NCBI GenBank assembly: GCA_965215275.1
Contig: OZ244044.1
Span: forward strand, 352,001 to 416,000
Direction of reading: 5' to 3'
Length of the DNA: 64,000 nt
DNA from: Thermodesulfobacteriota bacterium
GTDB taxonomy: Bacteria; Desulfobacterota_D; UBA1144; Nemesobacterales; JAJCZQ01
The position numbers and the translations under genes are program-made. The notes beneath the pieces were generated by a model. The model worked only from the letters and a program-made list of their open reading frames with translations. It was not told where the DNA came from and did not search any database. Within the stretch, counting starts at the first letter, position 1. Each line of letters begins with the position of its first letter. Of the stretch, positions 1 through 10,036 are shown piece by piece.

Positions 1-1
1 G

Positions 2-175
2 TGGAGAACCTATTTCACACATTCTCACAAAATGATGGGAAAAGAACCAACCTACGAACATATAAACATAGGTGGTGCATCAATATACAGAATAGTCGGA
101 AATAAGATCCTTGAAGTGTGGATCTACTGGGACAGACAGGATATAATGAAGCAGATCGGGGTTACCTACGGATAG
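2..175 (+). CDS. C-terminal part of a SnoaL-like ester cyclase family protein (5'-truncated by window edge)
   Basis: Manual translation of frame 2: WRTYFTHSHKMMGKEPTYEHINIGGASIYRIVGNKILEVWIYWDRQDIMKQIGVTYG*. Fits the THxG..GxxPT..I.G..IYR..DGKI.E.W...D...M.QLG pattern. Confidence 0.7.
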   Translation, partial: WRTYFTHSHKMMGKEPTYEHINIGGASIYRIVGNKILEVWIYWDRQDIMKQIGVTYG

Positions 176-395
176 CACGCACGCTCTTTATATTCTGAAC
201 TGATCGATCACCTAATTAGTTTTAATTACTCAACTGCACTTTCAAGCCTGATATTGTTTTTGATATCTCTACGCACTTCAAGTATCAGTGCCACTTTTCA
301 GTTCCTCTACTGCTTCTGATATCTGATACGAACCTTGTGCTCTTTTACCAAAACCATCTATAAGATATCAAACATATTCAGTTTACACCCACGAT

Positions 396-445
396 AAAAA
401 AACAGGGTTAACTGACCGCTAGTACAACGTTCAGTTAACCCTGTT
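396..445 (-). terminator. Rho-independent terminator downstream of the Cache lipoprotein gene
   Basis: Perfect 15-bp stem aacagggttaactga / tcagttaaccctgtt with an adjacent A-run (U-tail on the minus strand). Confidence 0.75.
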
Positions 446-538
446 CACATTCAATATATCACACAGTCATCTCTTGCTGACCACTTGAGAATGTATTCCT
501 CTGGGTCGCCAACATTAGTGCTGCGAGGTTTTATCTAA

Positions 539-1714
539 TCACTCAGGACGATTTTCCCAGACAAAGATGTATGAATCCGGGTTATCGTCGTTAGTGAAAT
601 AGTCTCTGTTGTCTTCAAGCGCATCTAACAATTCTTCCCCTTCCTTTCCTCTCAAGATATCAGCAGCCTCTCTGACCCTGTTTCTAATCTTTTCAAGCCT
701 AGTGAGGTTTTCGGGATCGACATTGGGATTATTTTCATCCAGATAGATCCCTGCTCCTACTACATATTGTCTACCATAGGCCTCAGCTATCCTGAAATAA
801 CTGACTTTAGGTGGGTCAGACAAAGTGCTACGCTGTCCAGGCTTTGGAAACGTGTATGCATTCCATACACCCTCGTCCCTTTCCGCTCGAGAATTCAGGC
901 TATTTAACTCATCTACCGCTTCTTCTCTAAATTCCCTTTTAGTATCATCCGTAAATTCGTAAATCAGCTGCGGAGAAGTCCCTATCAGTGTACCATCAGG
1001 ATGACATTTGACATCTACTGAAACTGAACCATCCGTTGAACTGTCCTCTAACTCTCCCAAAAACATGTAAAGTTCACCACTTTCATTCGAGATATTTGGT
1101 AATGTTTCAGTGTGACCCATGTTACTGTTACGATACCTGTTACACAACCTCGGAATGTTTTCTTCACTATAACTCCAGTACAGATTGTTTACATCATTGG
1201 TAACGGTATTAACCAACTTCCACAGATTTACAAATCTATCACCTGTGTCATTAGGTTTAAACAAGTTATGCCGATTTCCAAATCCAGTATCAAGAAGACA
1301 CATTCCTCCACCTACGAAACGGTTATCCGCCACTCTTTCTAAATACGAAAGCTTATAGCCTCCGTCACAATCCGTTTCAGAACCATCTTCCCATCTGTAA
1401 GTAACCCAACCTGAATTTTCGTCAGGACCTGCATCGGACAGAGCATCCATAAATTTGCCAAAAACAGGTATATCTTTTCTGTGCTCTCTCAAATCTGTTA
1501 CATCCTGCCCCACTAAAGTCTCGTCAGGATGGAAAATCAGTACATTCCGTACATCTTCGTACTTATCCTTTCCCTCTAAACCCGATACATCGTTTCCCCC
1601 CGAACTTGATACATCATTTCCTCCCGAACCCAGTATACCTTGTTCACCTCCACCACCACACGAAACAGTATAAAACGAAGTCAGCATCAACAATAGGACC
1701 AATATCTTCTTCAT
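539..1714 (-). CDS. Lipoprotein with Cache-like sensor domains
   Basis: Lipoprotein signal (MKK, hydrophobic stretch, TVSC) and Gly/Ser linker. Two sets of sCache_2-like motifs (HP..LVG, GWVTYRW, KLSY, VVGAGIY). Confidence 0.65.
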   Translation of the reverse strand: MKKILVLLLMLTSFYTVSCGGGGEQGILGSGGNDVSSSGGNDVSGLEGKDKYEDVRNVLIFHPDETLVGQDVTDLREHRKDIPVFGKFMDALSDAGPDENSGWVTYRWEDGSETDCDGGYKLSYLERVADNRFVGGGMCLLDTGFGNRHNLFKPNDTGDRFVNLWKLVNTVTNDVNNLYWSYSEENIPRLCNRYRNSNMGHTETLPNISNESGELYMFLGELEDSSTDGSVSVDVKCHPDGTLIGTSPQLIYEFTDDTKREFREEAVDELNSLNSRAERDEGVWNAYTFPKPGQRSTLSDPPKVSYFRIAEAYGRQYVVGAGIYLDENNPNVDPENLTRLEKIRNRVREAADILRGKEGEELLDALEDNRDYFTNDDNPDSYIFVWENRPE

Positions 1715-2087
1715 AGCTCTACTCTCTCTGTAGCATTTGCGATGTAATTATATAAAACGTTCTACTCTTGTCAATTTTTATATTACTTCAACAATACTAA
1801 TACCATCTATTAGCCGTTATTTACCTCACGATAACGTTATATGATTTTCTTTCTTTGTCATGAGGTAAATTCGTTAAGGTTCACAGAGTTCAGTTTTTTA
1901 CCTTTATGTATCCTTGGAGACACGGTAGTGCAACTCTCTTGTACGGTTTAACTTTACGTTTCAATCCACTACTGTGCTCCAAAACCAAATGCATACCTAT
2001 TATCTTTCATCTGTTACATAAAAGCGTATAAGCATATAATCCGTTTCCATACAGAACTCCCCCAGTAATTGATCTCTGATTATATGA

Positions 2088-3497
2088 TCATTCTGAAGGT
2101 TCCGTCATTGACCAGGGGTCAAGTACCCCGTTAAGTTGCTGTTCAGATAAAAGTCCCTTCTCCATAGTGATTTCTCTTACGGTTTTACCAGTGGCGTAAG
2201 CCTCTTTAGCGATCGCCGATGCTTTGTCATATCCTATGATCGGAGCCAGACTGGTACACATGGCAAGACTTTTCTCAATCATATTCTCACAGCGGTCTTT
2301 ATCAGCTTTGATACCATCAATGCATTTGTCCACAAATACCCTGGAGACATTTGAAAGCAGACGTATGGACTGCAGTATATTATAAACCATCATAGGCATC
2401 ATTACGTTCAGTTCAAAACTGCCTGATTGACCTCCTATAGTGATGGCCGCGTCATTTCCTATCACGTGTGCTGAAACCTGTGCCACGGATTCCCCTATTA
2501 CAGGATTCACCTTACCAGGCATAATTGATGACCCTGGCTGGATCGCCGGAAGGATTATCTCCCCTACTCCACATCTAGGACCGCTGCCAAGCAGTCTTAT
2601 ATCATTTGCAATCTTCATCAGACTGACCGCAATGGTCTTTAATGCTCCGCTTGTCTCCACTACAGCGTCTTTTGCAGCCTGGGCTTCAAAATGGTTCTCA
2701 GCTTCTTTAAATCTGACCCTTGTCATCTTACTGATCTTACCTGCAACTTTTGAACCGAATTTTTTATTTGTATTTATTCCAGTTCCAACTGCGGTACCAC
2801 CGATCGCGAGTTCAGAAAGGCTGGCAGCAACATTATCAAGTCTTCTTACTCCGTGAGAGATCATGCTTGCATAACCCCCGAATTCCTGTCCGAGCCTTAT
2901 TGGTGTTGCATCCATAAGGTGGGTTCTGCCTATTTTAAGTACCTTATCAAACTGCCTGGATTTTTTTAAAAGTGCTCTTTCAAGGTATTTTAAGGCAGGG
3001 ATCAGGTCTTTTTTAACGGACACAAGCGTGGACACATGCATTGCCGTTGGAAAAGTATCATTACTTGACTGTCCCATGTTCACATGGTCGTTAGGATGGA
3101 CGTTAACTTTATCTCCGGTTTTTCCACCAAGGATCTCATTAGCCCTGTTGGCGATCACTTCATTAACGTTCATATTAGTGGAAGTCCCTGAACCGGTCTG
3201 AAAGATATCAAGGACGAAATGCTCATCCAACTTCCTGTCTATTACCTCTTTTGCAGCTTTAACTATCGCATTGCCAGTTCTTTTCTTGAGAAGACCAAGC
3301 TCCATGTTCGTTTCAGCCGCAGCGAGCTTTATCATACCCATAGCACTTATGAAATCAGGTGGCAGCGTTATACCACTAACGGGAAAATTACTTATAGCTC
3401 TGGCGGTTTGAGCCCCATAGTAAGCGGACTGCGGAACTTCCATCTCCCCCATGGCATCAGTTTCGATCCTGTATCCTTTTTTTACCTTGCTGGACAT
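2088..3497 (-). CDS. fumC: Class II fumarate hydratase
   Basis: GSSIMPGKVNP signature, FQTGSGTSTNMN and KIGRTHLMDATP. Start moved to ATG 3497, which has a GAGGTG SD. Confidence 0.92.
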   Translation of the reverse strand: MSSKVKKGYRIETDAMGEMEVPQSAYYGAQTARAISNFPVSGITLPPDFISAMGMIKLAAAETNMELGLLKKRTGNAIVKAAKEVIDRKLDEHFVLDIFQTGSGTSTNMNVNEVIANRANEILGGKTGDKVNVHPNDHVNMGQSSNDTFPTAMHVSTLVSVKKDLIPALKYLERALLKKSRQFDKVLKIGRTHLMDATPIRLGQEFGGYASMISHGVRRLDNVAASLSELAIGGTAVGTGINTNKKFGSKVAGKISKMTRVRFKEAENHFEAQAAKDAVVETSGALKTIAVSLMKIANDIRLLGSGPRCGVGEIILPAIQPGSSIMPGKVNPVIGESVAQVSAHVIGNDAAITIGGQSGSFELNVMMPMMVYNILQSIRLLSNVSRVFVDKCIDGIKADKDRCENMIEKSLAMCTSLAPIIGYDKASAIAKEAYATGKTVREITMEKGLLSEQQLNGVLDPWSMTEPSE

Positions 3498-3744
3498 AAT
3501 AAACACCTCTTTAAATAGGAATATAGATTTATCAAACGAGACAGCAGAACAAAAAATATCAAAGATAGACCACAAGTCAAATCATAACACTTTGAAACTA
3601 TTATCTGTTCCACTACTCGCATAAGAGTTCTTATTTTATTATTTGACATATATTTAAAATTATGTATATTAAAACCAATAAAAATAAAAGTTTTTGAAGT
3701 TGCTATTGAAATATATTTCAGAATCAGGTAGGATTTAAGATATT

Positions 3745-3960
3745 ATGGAAAATAAAAAACAAAAATTTGAAAGATTGGCTAATGCAAGGGTCAACAAAGC
3801 ACTAAAAAAGCTGGATTTGATAGGTAATCTGGCCAATAAGAACATCTATGATTACTCTGAGAATGAGGTAAATCTGATTATTAACGCACTTGACGAAAAA
3901 GTAAAAGAAGTTAAAACCAGATTTTTCCTGGTGCTGGATAATAAACAATTCAAACTTTAG
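3745..3960 (+). CDS. Small conserved hypothetical protein of a type seen in mobile/defence regions
   Basis: F.RLA..R.NKAL..L.LIGNL.NK..YDY pattern. Upstream TTGACA (3643) N16 TATATT promoter. AT-rich context. Confidence 0.65.
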   Translation: MENKKQKFERLANARVNKALKKLDLIGNLANKNIYDYSENEVNLIINALDEKVKEVKTRFFLVLDNKQFKL

Positions 3961-4384
3961 GAAGTATTAACAATGAGTATATGTGCCTTAAAAATGGATG
4001 AAAAAAGAGATACAAGAAATCATCAAATCAAATCCTCTATTAAAAAACCGAGATAATTATTATACCTATGGAGGAAAGGATAAGTCCGTGTATTGATTGA
4101 AAAGATAACTAACTCGATTGATTCATTGTTATTAAAAGAATGAAAGATATAAATGATTATTTAGATGAGAATTTATAAACTAATCACTACCTTAGGTTTG
4201 TGTATGATATAGAACTGCCAGTATATCATACCGCTCTCCTTTTCCTGGGTAATGATTCTAAAGAGTTTTGACAGTTCTGATTTATTGCTGAGTTGACATA
4301 GATTATAAGAATTAGTGTTGAATTAGTTACTCTAAGCAGACAAGAATTCAACAGATTTATGTAAGGTAAAAAATATAAAACTAA

Positions 4385-4795
4385 TTGGATGGATACATTG
4401 TAGAATCTAACAGCATATTAGAAAAAATTATGATAGGAGAAATTATGGAAAAAGATAATAGAAATAAACACCATTCACTTGTTTTAAAAATGAATTCTGC
4501 TGAAAATTATAAAACAATACTTAAAGCAATAGGTTTGTATGAAAAGAAAATTAGTAGTGGTCATAGTCGTCTTAAACATGGAGATTATCCTAGTATAACC
4601 ACCACTCTTTCAAATGACTGGAGTCCTGGTATTAAAGAAAGTACTATTAAACAATTAGAAAAGTTAATTTATGATATAATCGAATTAGATAAAAAATACC
4701 CAGATAATATAAAAAATAGTGATTATCGTAATAATAAAGGAAAAAAATTACTTGATTTTTATAGAGATAAACAAGATAATGATATACAGGAATGA
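4385..4795 (+). CDS. Hypothetical protein (AT-rich islet)
   Basis: 136-aa ORF in very AT-rich DNA; the start may be at MEKD (GGAGA SD). Confidence 0.5.
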   Translation: MDGYIVESNSILEKIMIGEIMEKDNRNKHHSLVLKMNSAENYKTILKAIGLYEKKISSGHSRLKHGDYPSITTTLSNDWSPGIKESTIKQLEKLIYDIIELDKKYPDNIKNSDYRNNKGKKLLDFYRDKQDNDIQE

Positions 4796-4817
4796 GAGGA
4801 ATAATGGAGGGTATTAA

Positions 4818-5207
4818 ATGGAGAATATTAATTTAGAGAGTATAAATGAATTTGAGAGAAAACCTATTGAATCAGATATTAAACAAGAGTTTAAAAAAAA
4901 GTATGGATTAGATATTACAAAATATTTCAATAAAGGACATTTAGATTGGGGAAAAGACTTTAAATATCACGGTAAGTATAAAGGTAGGTATGAAATTTTT
5001 ACTTATTTTTGTACTTATAACGACAAACTTACAGCTTTATGTCCTGTGCTTGATCTGGATGCTTCAGAGAACCATATTGGTGGTAGAAAAGATGTTGATC
5101 TTTTAGTTGAACATTTAAAAGAACTTATAGATTTGGTTATTGCTGATATTAAACAAAGTGGTGGAGTATATCATAGTGCGTTTTCAGGTGAATATATAAG
5201 AGTTTAA
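4818..5207 (+). CDS. Hypothetical protein (AT-rich islet)
   Basis: 129-aa ORF with a GGAGG SD. Confidence 0.6.
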   Translation: MENINLESINEFERKPIESDIKQEFKKKYGLDITKYFNKGHLDWGKDFKYHGKYKGRYEIFTYFCTYNDKLTALCPVLDLDASENHIGGRKDVDLLVEHLKELIDLVIADIKQSGGVYHSAFSGEYIRV

Positions 5208-5308
5208 TTGATTTACAGTATTTTTGTATGTAATTCCTCAAAATACTTAAGTAATTGCAAAAGTTAGTGACGCTAAAAAGCCTTATGTAATAAACAGTCC
5301 AGTATCTT

Positions 5309-6499
5309 TTACACCTTTTCAACAACCATGGCAATCCCCATCCCTCCACCTATACACAGTGATACCATTCCATATCTGGCATTTTTATAACTACTTAGTT
5401 CATGAAGAAGTTTTACGAGCAATACAGCACCCGTAGCTCCCACTGGATGTCCAAGTGCGATCGCTCCGCCACTCACGTTCAATCTTTCCCTCGGAATAGG
5501 GAAATCTCTCAGCACGGCAAGGGACTGTGCAGCAAACGCTTCATTAAGTTCAAAAAAGTCTATTTCATCAATGATCAGCCCTGCTTTATCCAGTGCGGAC
5601 CGCATTGCCGGGACCGGACCGATACCCATGATCGAAGGATCAACCCCTGACACAGCGTAGCTTTTCACCCGTCCCACAGGAGTTAACCCTAATTCCTTAA
5701 CTTTTGACCCTGAAGCTACAAGCACTGCGGCAGCACCATCATTAATGCCTGATGAATTTCCGGCAGTTACCGTTCCGTTCTTTTTAAAGACAGGCTTTAG
5801 TTTATTCAGTTGCTCAGAGGTTACCGATGGACGAGGATGTTCATCTACCTTGAATTTCACCGGGTCATCCTTCCTCTGAGGAATAAGAACGGGAACGACC
5901 TGATCCGTAAATTTATTGTTCTTTATTGCCTCTCCAGCCTTCATCTGACTGTTGTAAGCGAACTCGTCCTGCTCTTCTCTGGATATCTCATATCTCTCGG
6001 CAAGATTTTCCGCCGTTACTCCCATATGATAATCATTGAATATATCCCACAGTCCATCGTAAACCATTCCATCTATAAGCTTGTCCGTCGGTGAGGACAT
6101 CCTGTATCCCCATCTTGCTTTCTTCAGATAGAAAGGAGCCTGGCTCATATTTTCAATTCCACCCGCTATGATGCAGTGGTAATCCCCCGACCTGATAGCC
6201 TGTGCAGCGTGTATAACGGACTGCAGTCCGGAGCCGCACATCCTGTTGATCGTAACTGCAGGGGTCTCGACCTTTAATCCTGAATTGATCGCCACCTGTC
6301 TTGAAGGGTTCTGCCCCAGTCCTGCACCCAGGATATTACCCATTACACAGTCGTCTATTTCTTCTGGATCAACGGCCGTTCCTTTTATGACCTCTTTAAC
6401 GACCGCAGTTCCCAGATCGACCGCGGAAATATCCTTTAAAGCCCCTCCGAAGGTGCCTATTGCTGTCCTGAGCGGATTGCAGATAAAAACTTTCTCCAT
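5309..6499 (-). CDS. atoB: Acetyl-CoA C-acetyltransferase (thiolase)
   Basis: INRMCGSG, NEAFAAQ, GGAIALGHP and LCIGGG motifs. Confidence 0.92.
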   Translation of the reverse strand: MEKVFICNPLRTAIGTFGGALKDISAVDLGTAVVKEVIKGTAVDPEEIDDCVMGNILGAGLGQNPSRQVAINSGLKVETPAVTINRMCGSGLQSVIHAAQAIRSGDYHCIIAGGIENMSQAPFYLKKARWGYRMSSPTDKLIDGMVYDGLWDIFNDYHMGVTAENLAERYEISREEQDEFAYNSQMKAGEAIKNNKFTDQVVPVLIPQRKDDPVKFKVDEHPRPSVTSEQLNKLKPVFKKNGTVTAGNSSGINDGAAAVLVASGSKVKELGLTPVGRVKSYAVSGVDPSIMGIGPVPAMRSALDKAGLIIDEIDFFELNEAFAAQSLAVLRDFPIPRERLNVSGGAIALGHPVGATGAVLLVKLLHELSSYKNARYGMVSLCIGGGMGIAMVVEKV

Positions 6500-6513
6500 A
6501 ATGCTCTCCCGTT

Positions 6514-7296
6514 TCAGCACCCCTGAAAGTTCGCTTTTCGTTTTTCAAGGAACGCACTCATTCCTTCCACTCTGTCCTCCGAATCAAAGCACTTAAGTCC
6601 GTTCTTCATTTCATAATCAAGCCCCTGTGCAATATCCATATCAGACCCGTTATTGATAACCTCCTTGGCAAAGCTGACAGCCAGAGGTGAATTGGACGCG
6701 ATCTGTTCTGCCATCTCAAGTGCTTCATCAAGGAGCTTTTCCTGCTCGACCACTTTATCAACAAGGCCTGTTTCAAGTGCTTCTTCGGCAGTGATCATTT
6801 TTCCGGTAAATATCAGTTCCTTGGCCTTTCCGATCCCTGTAATCCTGGTGATCCTCTGCGTCCCGCCCCAGCACGGAAAAAGTCCCAGCTTGGTTTCAGG
6901 AAAACCGACCTTTGCGTTGTCAGACGCTATGCGTATATCACACGCAACGGCAAGTTCACAACCTCCTCCCAGAGCATAACCATTAATCGCTGCAATAACG
7001 GGAAAAGGAGCCTGCTGTAAAGCGTTAAAGATGCCATGTGCCGCCTCGCAGTAACTTGTAAACCCATCCCTGGTCATTTCACGCATCTGCTCAATGTCCG
7101 CTCCAGCCACAAAGGCCTTTTTTCCGCTTCCTGTAATTATCAACGCTTTCAGGTTCTCATCAGGCATCTGATCGTCCGTGAACTTCTTAAGTTCCAGGAT
7201 CGTCTCCTGGCTCAGAACGTTAAATGACCTTGGCTTGTTGATCGTTAATATACCAACGCCGCTTTCCTTATTTTCAAACAGTATGTCCTTATACAT
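6514..7296 (-). CDS. crt: Enoyl-CoA hydratase / crotonase
   Basis: AFVAGADI and INGYALGGGCELA..CDIRIA motifs. Confidence 0.88.
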   Translation of the reverse strand: MYKDILFENKESGVGILTINKPRSFNVLSQETILELKKFTDDQMPDENLKALIITGSGKKAFVAGADIEQMREMTRDGFTSYCEAAHGIFNALQQAPFPVIAAINGYALGGGCELAVACDIRIASDNAKVGFPETKLGLFPCWGGTQRITRITGIGKAKELIFTGKMITAEEALETGLVDKVVEQEKLLDEALEMAEQIASNSPLAVSFAKEVINNGSDMDIAQGLDYEMKNGLKCFDSEDRVEGMSAFLEKRKANFQGC

Positions 7297-7365
7297 CAGT
7301 AAACACCTCCTTACACAACGTAGCGGTTAATGATACTTATCTCAGGTAAAAACATGCAGATTTAC

Positions 7366-8226
7366 TTAATTATACTCAAAGAAACCCCTTCCTGACTTCC
7401 TTCCCAGATAGTTCAGCCTTACCATCTCCTTTAAAAGCGGAGCAGGTCTGAACTTAGGGTCCCCAAACTCCTGATAAAGCACGTTCAGCACATCGAGAGT
7501 TACATCCAGTCCGATAAGGTCCGCAAGTGATAAAGGTCCCATGGGATGATTTGCTCCGAGCTTCATAGCCGTGTCAATATCTTTTGCAGAAGCTATCCCC
7601 TCATCCAATGCAAAGATCGCCTCGTTTATCATCGGCAGCAATATCCTGTTCACCACGAAACCTGCCCTGTCCTTAACGATGACCGGATGCTTTCCAAGAC
7701 CTTCCACGAACTCTATTGCCGATCCCATGGTCTCAGCAGAGGTCCTGTCAGTTTTAACTATCTCCGTCAGTTTCATTAGGGGAACGGGATTAAAGAAATG
7801 AATTCCCAGAACTCTCTCGGGTCTGCTGGTCTGCATGGCAAGTTCAGTAACGGGGAGCGTGGAAGTGTTAGTTGCAATAATGGAGCTTTCAGAAGTATCT
7901 TTTTCTATCTTTTCAAAGACCGACCTCTTTACGCTCAGATCTTCACTGACCGCCTCGATCACTATTTCAGTATCGTTCAGATCGGAGTATTTTTCCGTTG
8001 TGTGAATACTTGCAGCTATCTTATCGGCCTGCTCTTCCGTGATCCTCTTTTTTCTCACAAGCCTCTTCAGTTCTTTCTCTATCTTCTGTAAAGCAAGATC
8101 AGCCGTCTCCTTTTCCAGGTCCAGAAGGTATACCTGCATATCTTTTGAGGCGACCAGCTGAGCGATCCCGGAACCCATCGTTCCCGACCCCACAACACCG
8201 ACTTTATCTATGTTTAACTTTGTCAT
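7366..8226 (-). CDS. hbd: 3-hydroxybutyryl-CoA dehydrogenase
   Basis: GSGTMGSGIA, HFFNPVP and GANHPMGPL..AD.IGLD motifs. Confidence 0.92.
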   Translation of the reverse strand: MTKLNIDKVGVVGSGTMGSGIAQLVASKDMQVYLLDLEKETADLALQKIEKELKRLVRKKRITEEQADKIAASIHTTEKYSDLNDTEIVIEAVSEDLSVKRSVFEKIEKDTSESSIIATNTSTLPVTELAMQTSRPERVLGIHFFNPVPLMKLTEIVKTDRTSAETMGSAIEFVEGLGKHPVIVKDRAGFVVNRILLPMINEAIFALDEGIASAKDIDTAMKLGANHPMGPLSLADLIGLDVTLDVLNVLYQEFGDPKFRPAPLLKEMVRLNYLGRKSGRGFFEYN

Positions 8227-8239
8227 ATTATCATTCCTT

Positions 8240-9394
8240 TTACATAGGTTCAGAGAGCGTCTGTCTTGCGACCACGATCCTCTGTATTTCAGATGTACCC
8301 TCGTATATTTCAGTTATTTTGGCATCCCTGAAATAACGTTCCACGGGATAATCCGTTGTATATCCATTGCCTCCATGCACCTGAATGGCCTTAGTGGCCG
8401 ACCACATGGCGGTCTCCGAAGCATATAATTTGGACATAGCGGAATACTTAGTGTATTTCTCACCCCTGTCTTTCATCATTGCCGCCTTGTATGCAAGCAG
8501 CCGTGAGGCTTCCACCCTTGTTGCCATATCCGCAAGCACGAACTGTATACCCTGAAAGTTAGATATCGGCTCACCAAAAGCCTTTCTTTCACCTGAGTAT
8601 TCCACTGATGCGTCAAGTGAAGCCTGTGCTATTCCTACCGCCTGTGCCGCAACCCCTATCCTTCCTCCATCAAGCGTTTTCATCGCAACCTTAAATCCCT
8701 CACCTTCCTTACCGAGAACGGAACCTGCCGGCAGCCGACATCCCTCAAAGACAAGCTGCGTGGTGCTGGTACCCCTTATGCCGAGTTTATGCTCCGATTT
8801 GCCGAGAGAAACGCCCGGCGTTGCTTCCAGATCAACGATGAACGCAGTAAGTCCTCTGCTCCCTTTTGACCTATCGGTTTTTGCAAAAAGAATAACCACC
8901 CCTGCTTCGGCACCGTTAGTGATCCAGCTCTTTACCCCGTTTACAACATAATGATCACCTTCCCTTACTGCACTCGTTCTTATACTTGCTGCATCAGAAC
9001 CTGATTCCGACTCGCTCAAGGCAAAACACCCTATCACGCCGCCCCTGGAGAGTCCGGGAAGGTACTTTTTCTTCTGCTCCTCCGTACCAAAGTCCAGTAT
9101 CGGGGCACATCCCAGAGAGTTATGTGCCATAACGATCGTCCCGGTTGACGCACAGACCTTTGATATCTCTTCAACCGCGATTATATAGGACAGGTAGTCA
9201 AGTCCGCTGCCACCGTATCTTTCCGGTACGAAATGTCCCATGAACCCCAGATCAAAGAGCTTTTTAACAAGCTCTGCAGGGAACGTGGAGTTCCTGTCGG
9301 TCTCAGAGGCAAGCGGCCTGATCTCTTTCTCTGCAAAATCAGAGGCGAGGTCCTTTATCATCTTCTGTTCTTCTGTAAAACTTGAACTGAGCAT
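8240..9394 (-). CDS. Acyl-CoA (butyryl-CoA-type) dehydrogenase
   Basis: FALSE..SGSDA, NG.KSWITNG and [17 protein letters not shown] motifs. Likely start at MLSSSF. Confidence 0.9.
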   Translation of the reverse strand: MLSSSFTEEQKMIKDLASDFAEKEIRPLASETDRNSTFPAELVKKLFDLGFMGHFVPERYGGSGLDYLSYIIAVEEISKVCASTGTIVMAHNSLGCAPILDFGTEEQKKKYLPGLSRGGVIGCFALSESESGSDAASIRTSAVREGDHYVVNGVKSWITNGAEAGVVILFAKTDRSKGSRGLTAFIVDLEATPGVSLGKSEHKLGIRGTSTTQLVFEGCRLPAGSVLGKEGEGFKVAMKTLDGGRIGVAAQAVGIAQASLDASVEYSGERKAFGEPISNFQGIQFVLADMATRVEASRLLAYKAAMMKDRGEKYTKYSAMSKLYASETAMWSATKAIQVHGGNGYTTDYPVERYFRDAKITEIYEGTSEIQRIVVARQTLSEPM

Positions 9395-9565
9395 TGTTTT
9401 ATAAACCTTTTTGCTTGGTGACCGGGTAGCTGGTGGATAAGGAAGATTATAATGCAATCCGGCAGGCAGGTAAAGCAAAAGTTCTTACAGGAAAAGGGAC
9501 TAAAGACCCTGAACTGGTCAGTAAAGAGGAATAAAACCCACTGACCACGAGACGGGACCGAGATC

Positions 9566-9955
9566 TTATGAACCTCGTTTAAGTTCAAACCCCTTGACGA
9601 CCGCGTAAGCGATCAGGGCAAAGACAAAGACGACCAGATACATCAGGACAATGCTCTGAAGCGTATCAATGATCGTACGGTATATCTCCAGCATCCATCT
9701 CTCGGAGTTCAGCACCAGGACCTCTATATCTTTATTCGGCAGGCTAATGTATTTTTCAAGCTGATAGATCCTGGTACCACCTGATATCCCGACAACAAAC
9801 GCTGCAAAGTTTATATATCTGCTCCACTCTCTGCTGATCTCGTCCTGTATGATCCTGTGAAGGATCGCAGCGATCGGTCTGTCAAAAAGTCTAATGACCC
9901 CGTAAGTAACCGCCGCCGATAGGAAAAGCTTTATGAACAGTAATGAAAAGAACAT
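9566..9955 (-). CDS. Small integral membrane protein
   Basis: About three hydrophobic segments; GGAG SD. Confidence 0.7.
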   Translation of the reverse strand: MFFSLLFIKLFLSAAVTYGVIRLFDRPIAAILHRIIQDEISREWSRYINFAAFVVGISGGTRIYQLEKYISLPNKDIEVLVLNSERWMLEIYRTIIDTLQSIVLMYLVVFVFALIAYAVVKGFELKRGS

Positions 9956-10036
9956 AATTACTCCTTTATGACATTATAATACTTACCACAACCGGCATGT
10001 AAAAGTAAACTGCCTTTCATTGCTTTTATCGATCAA

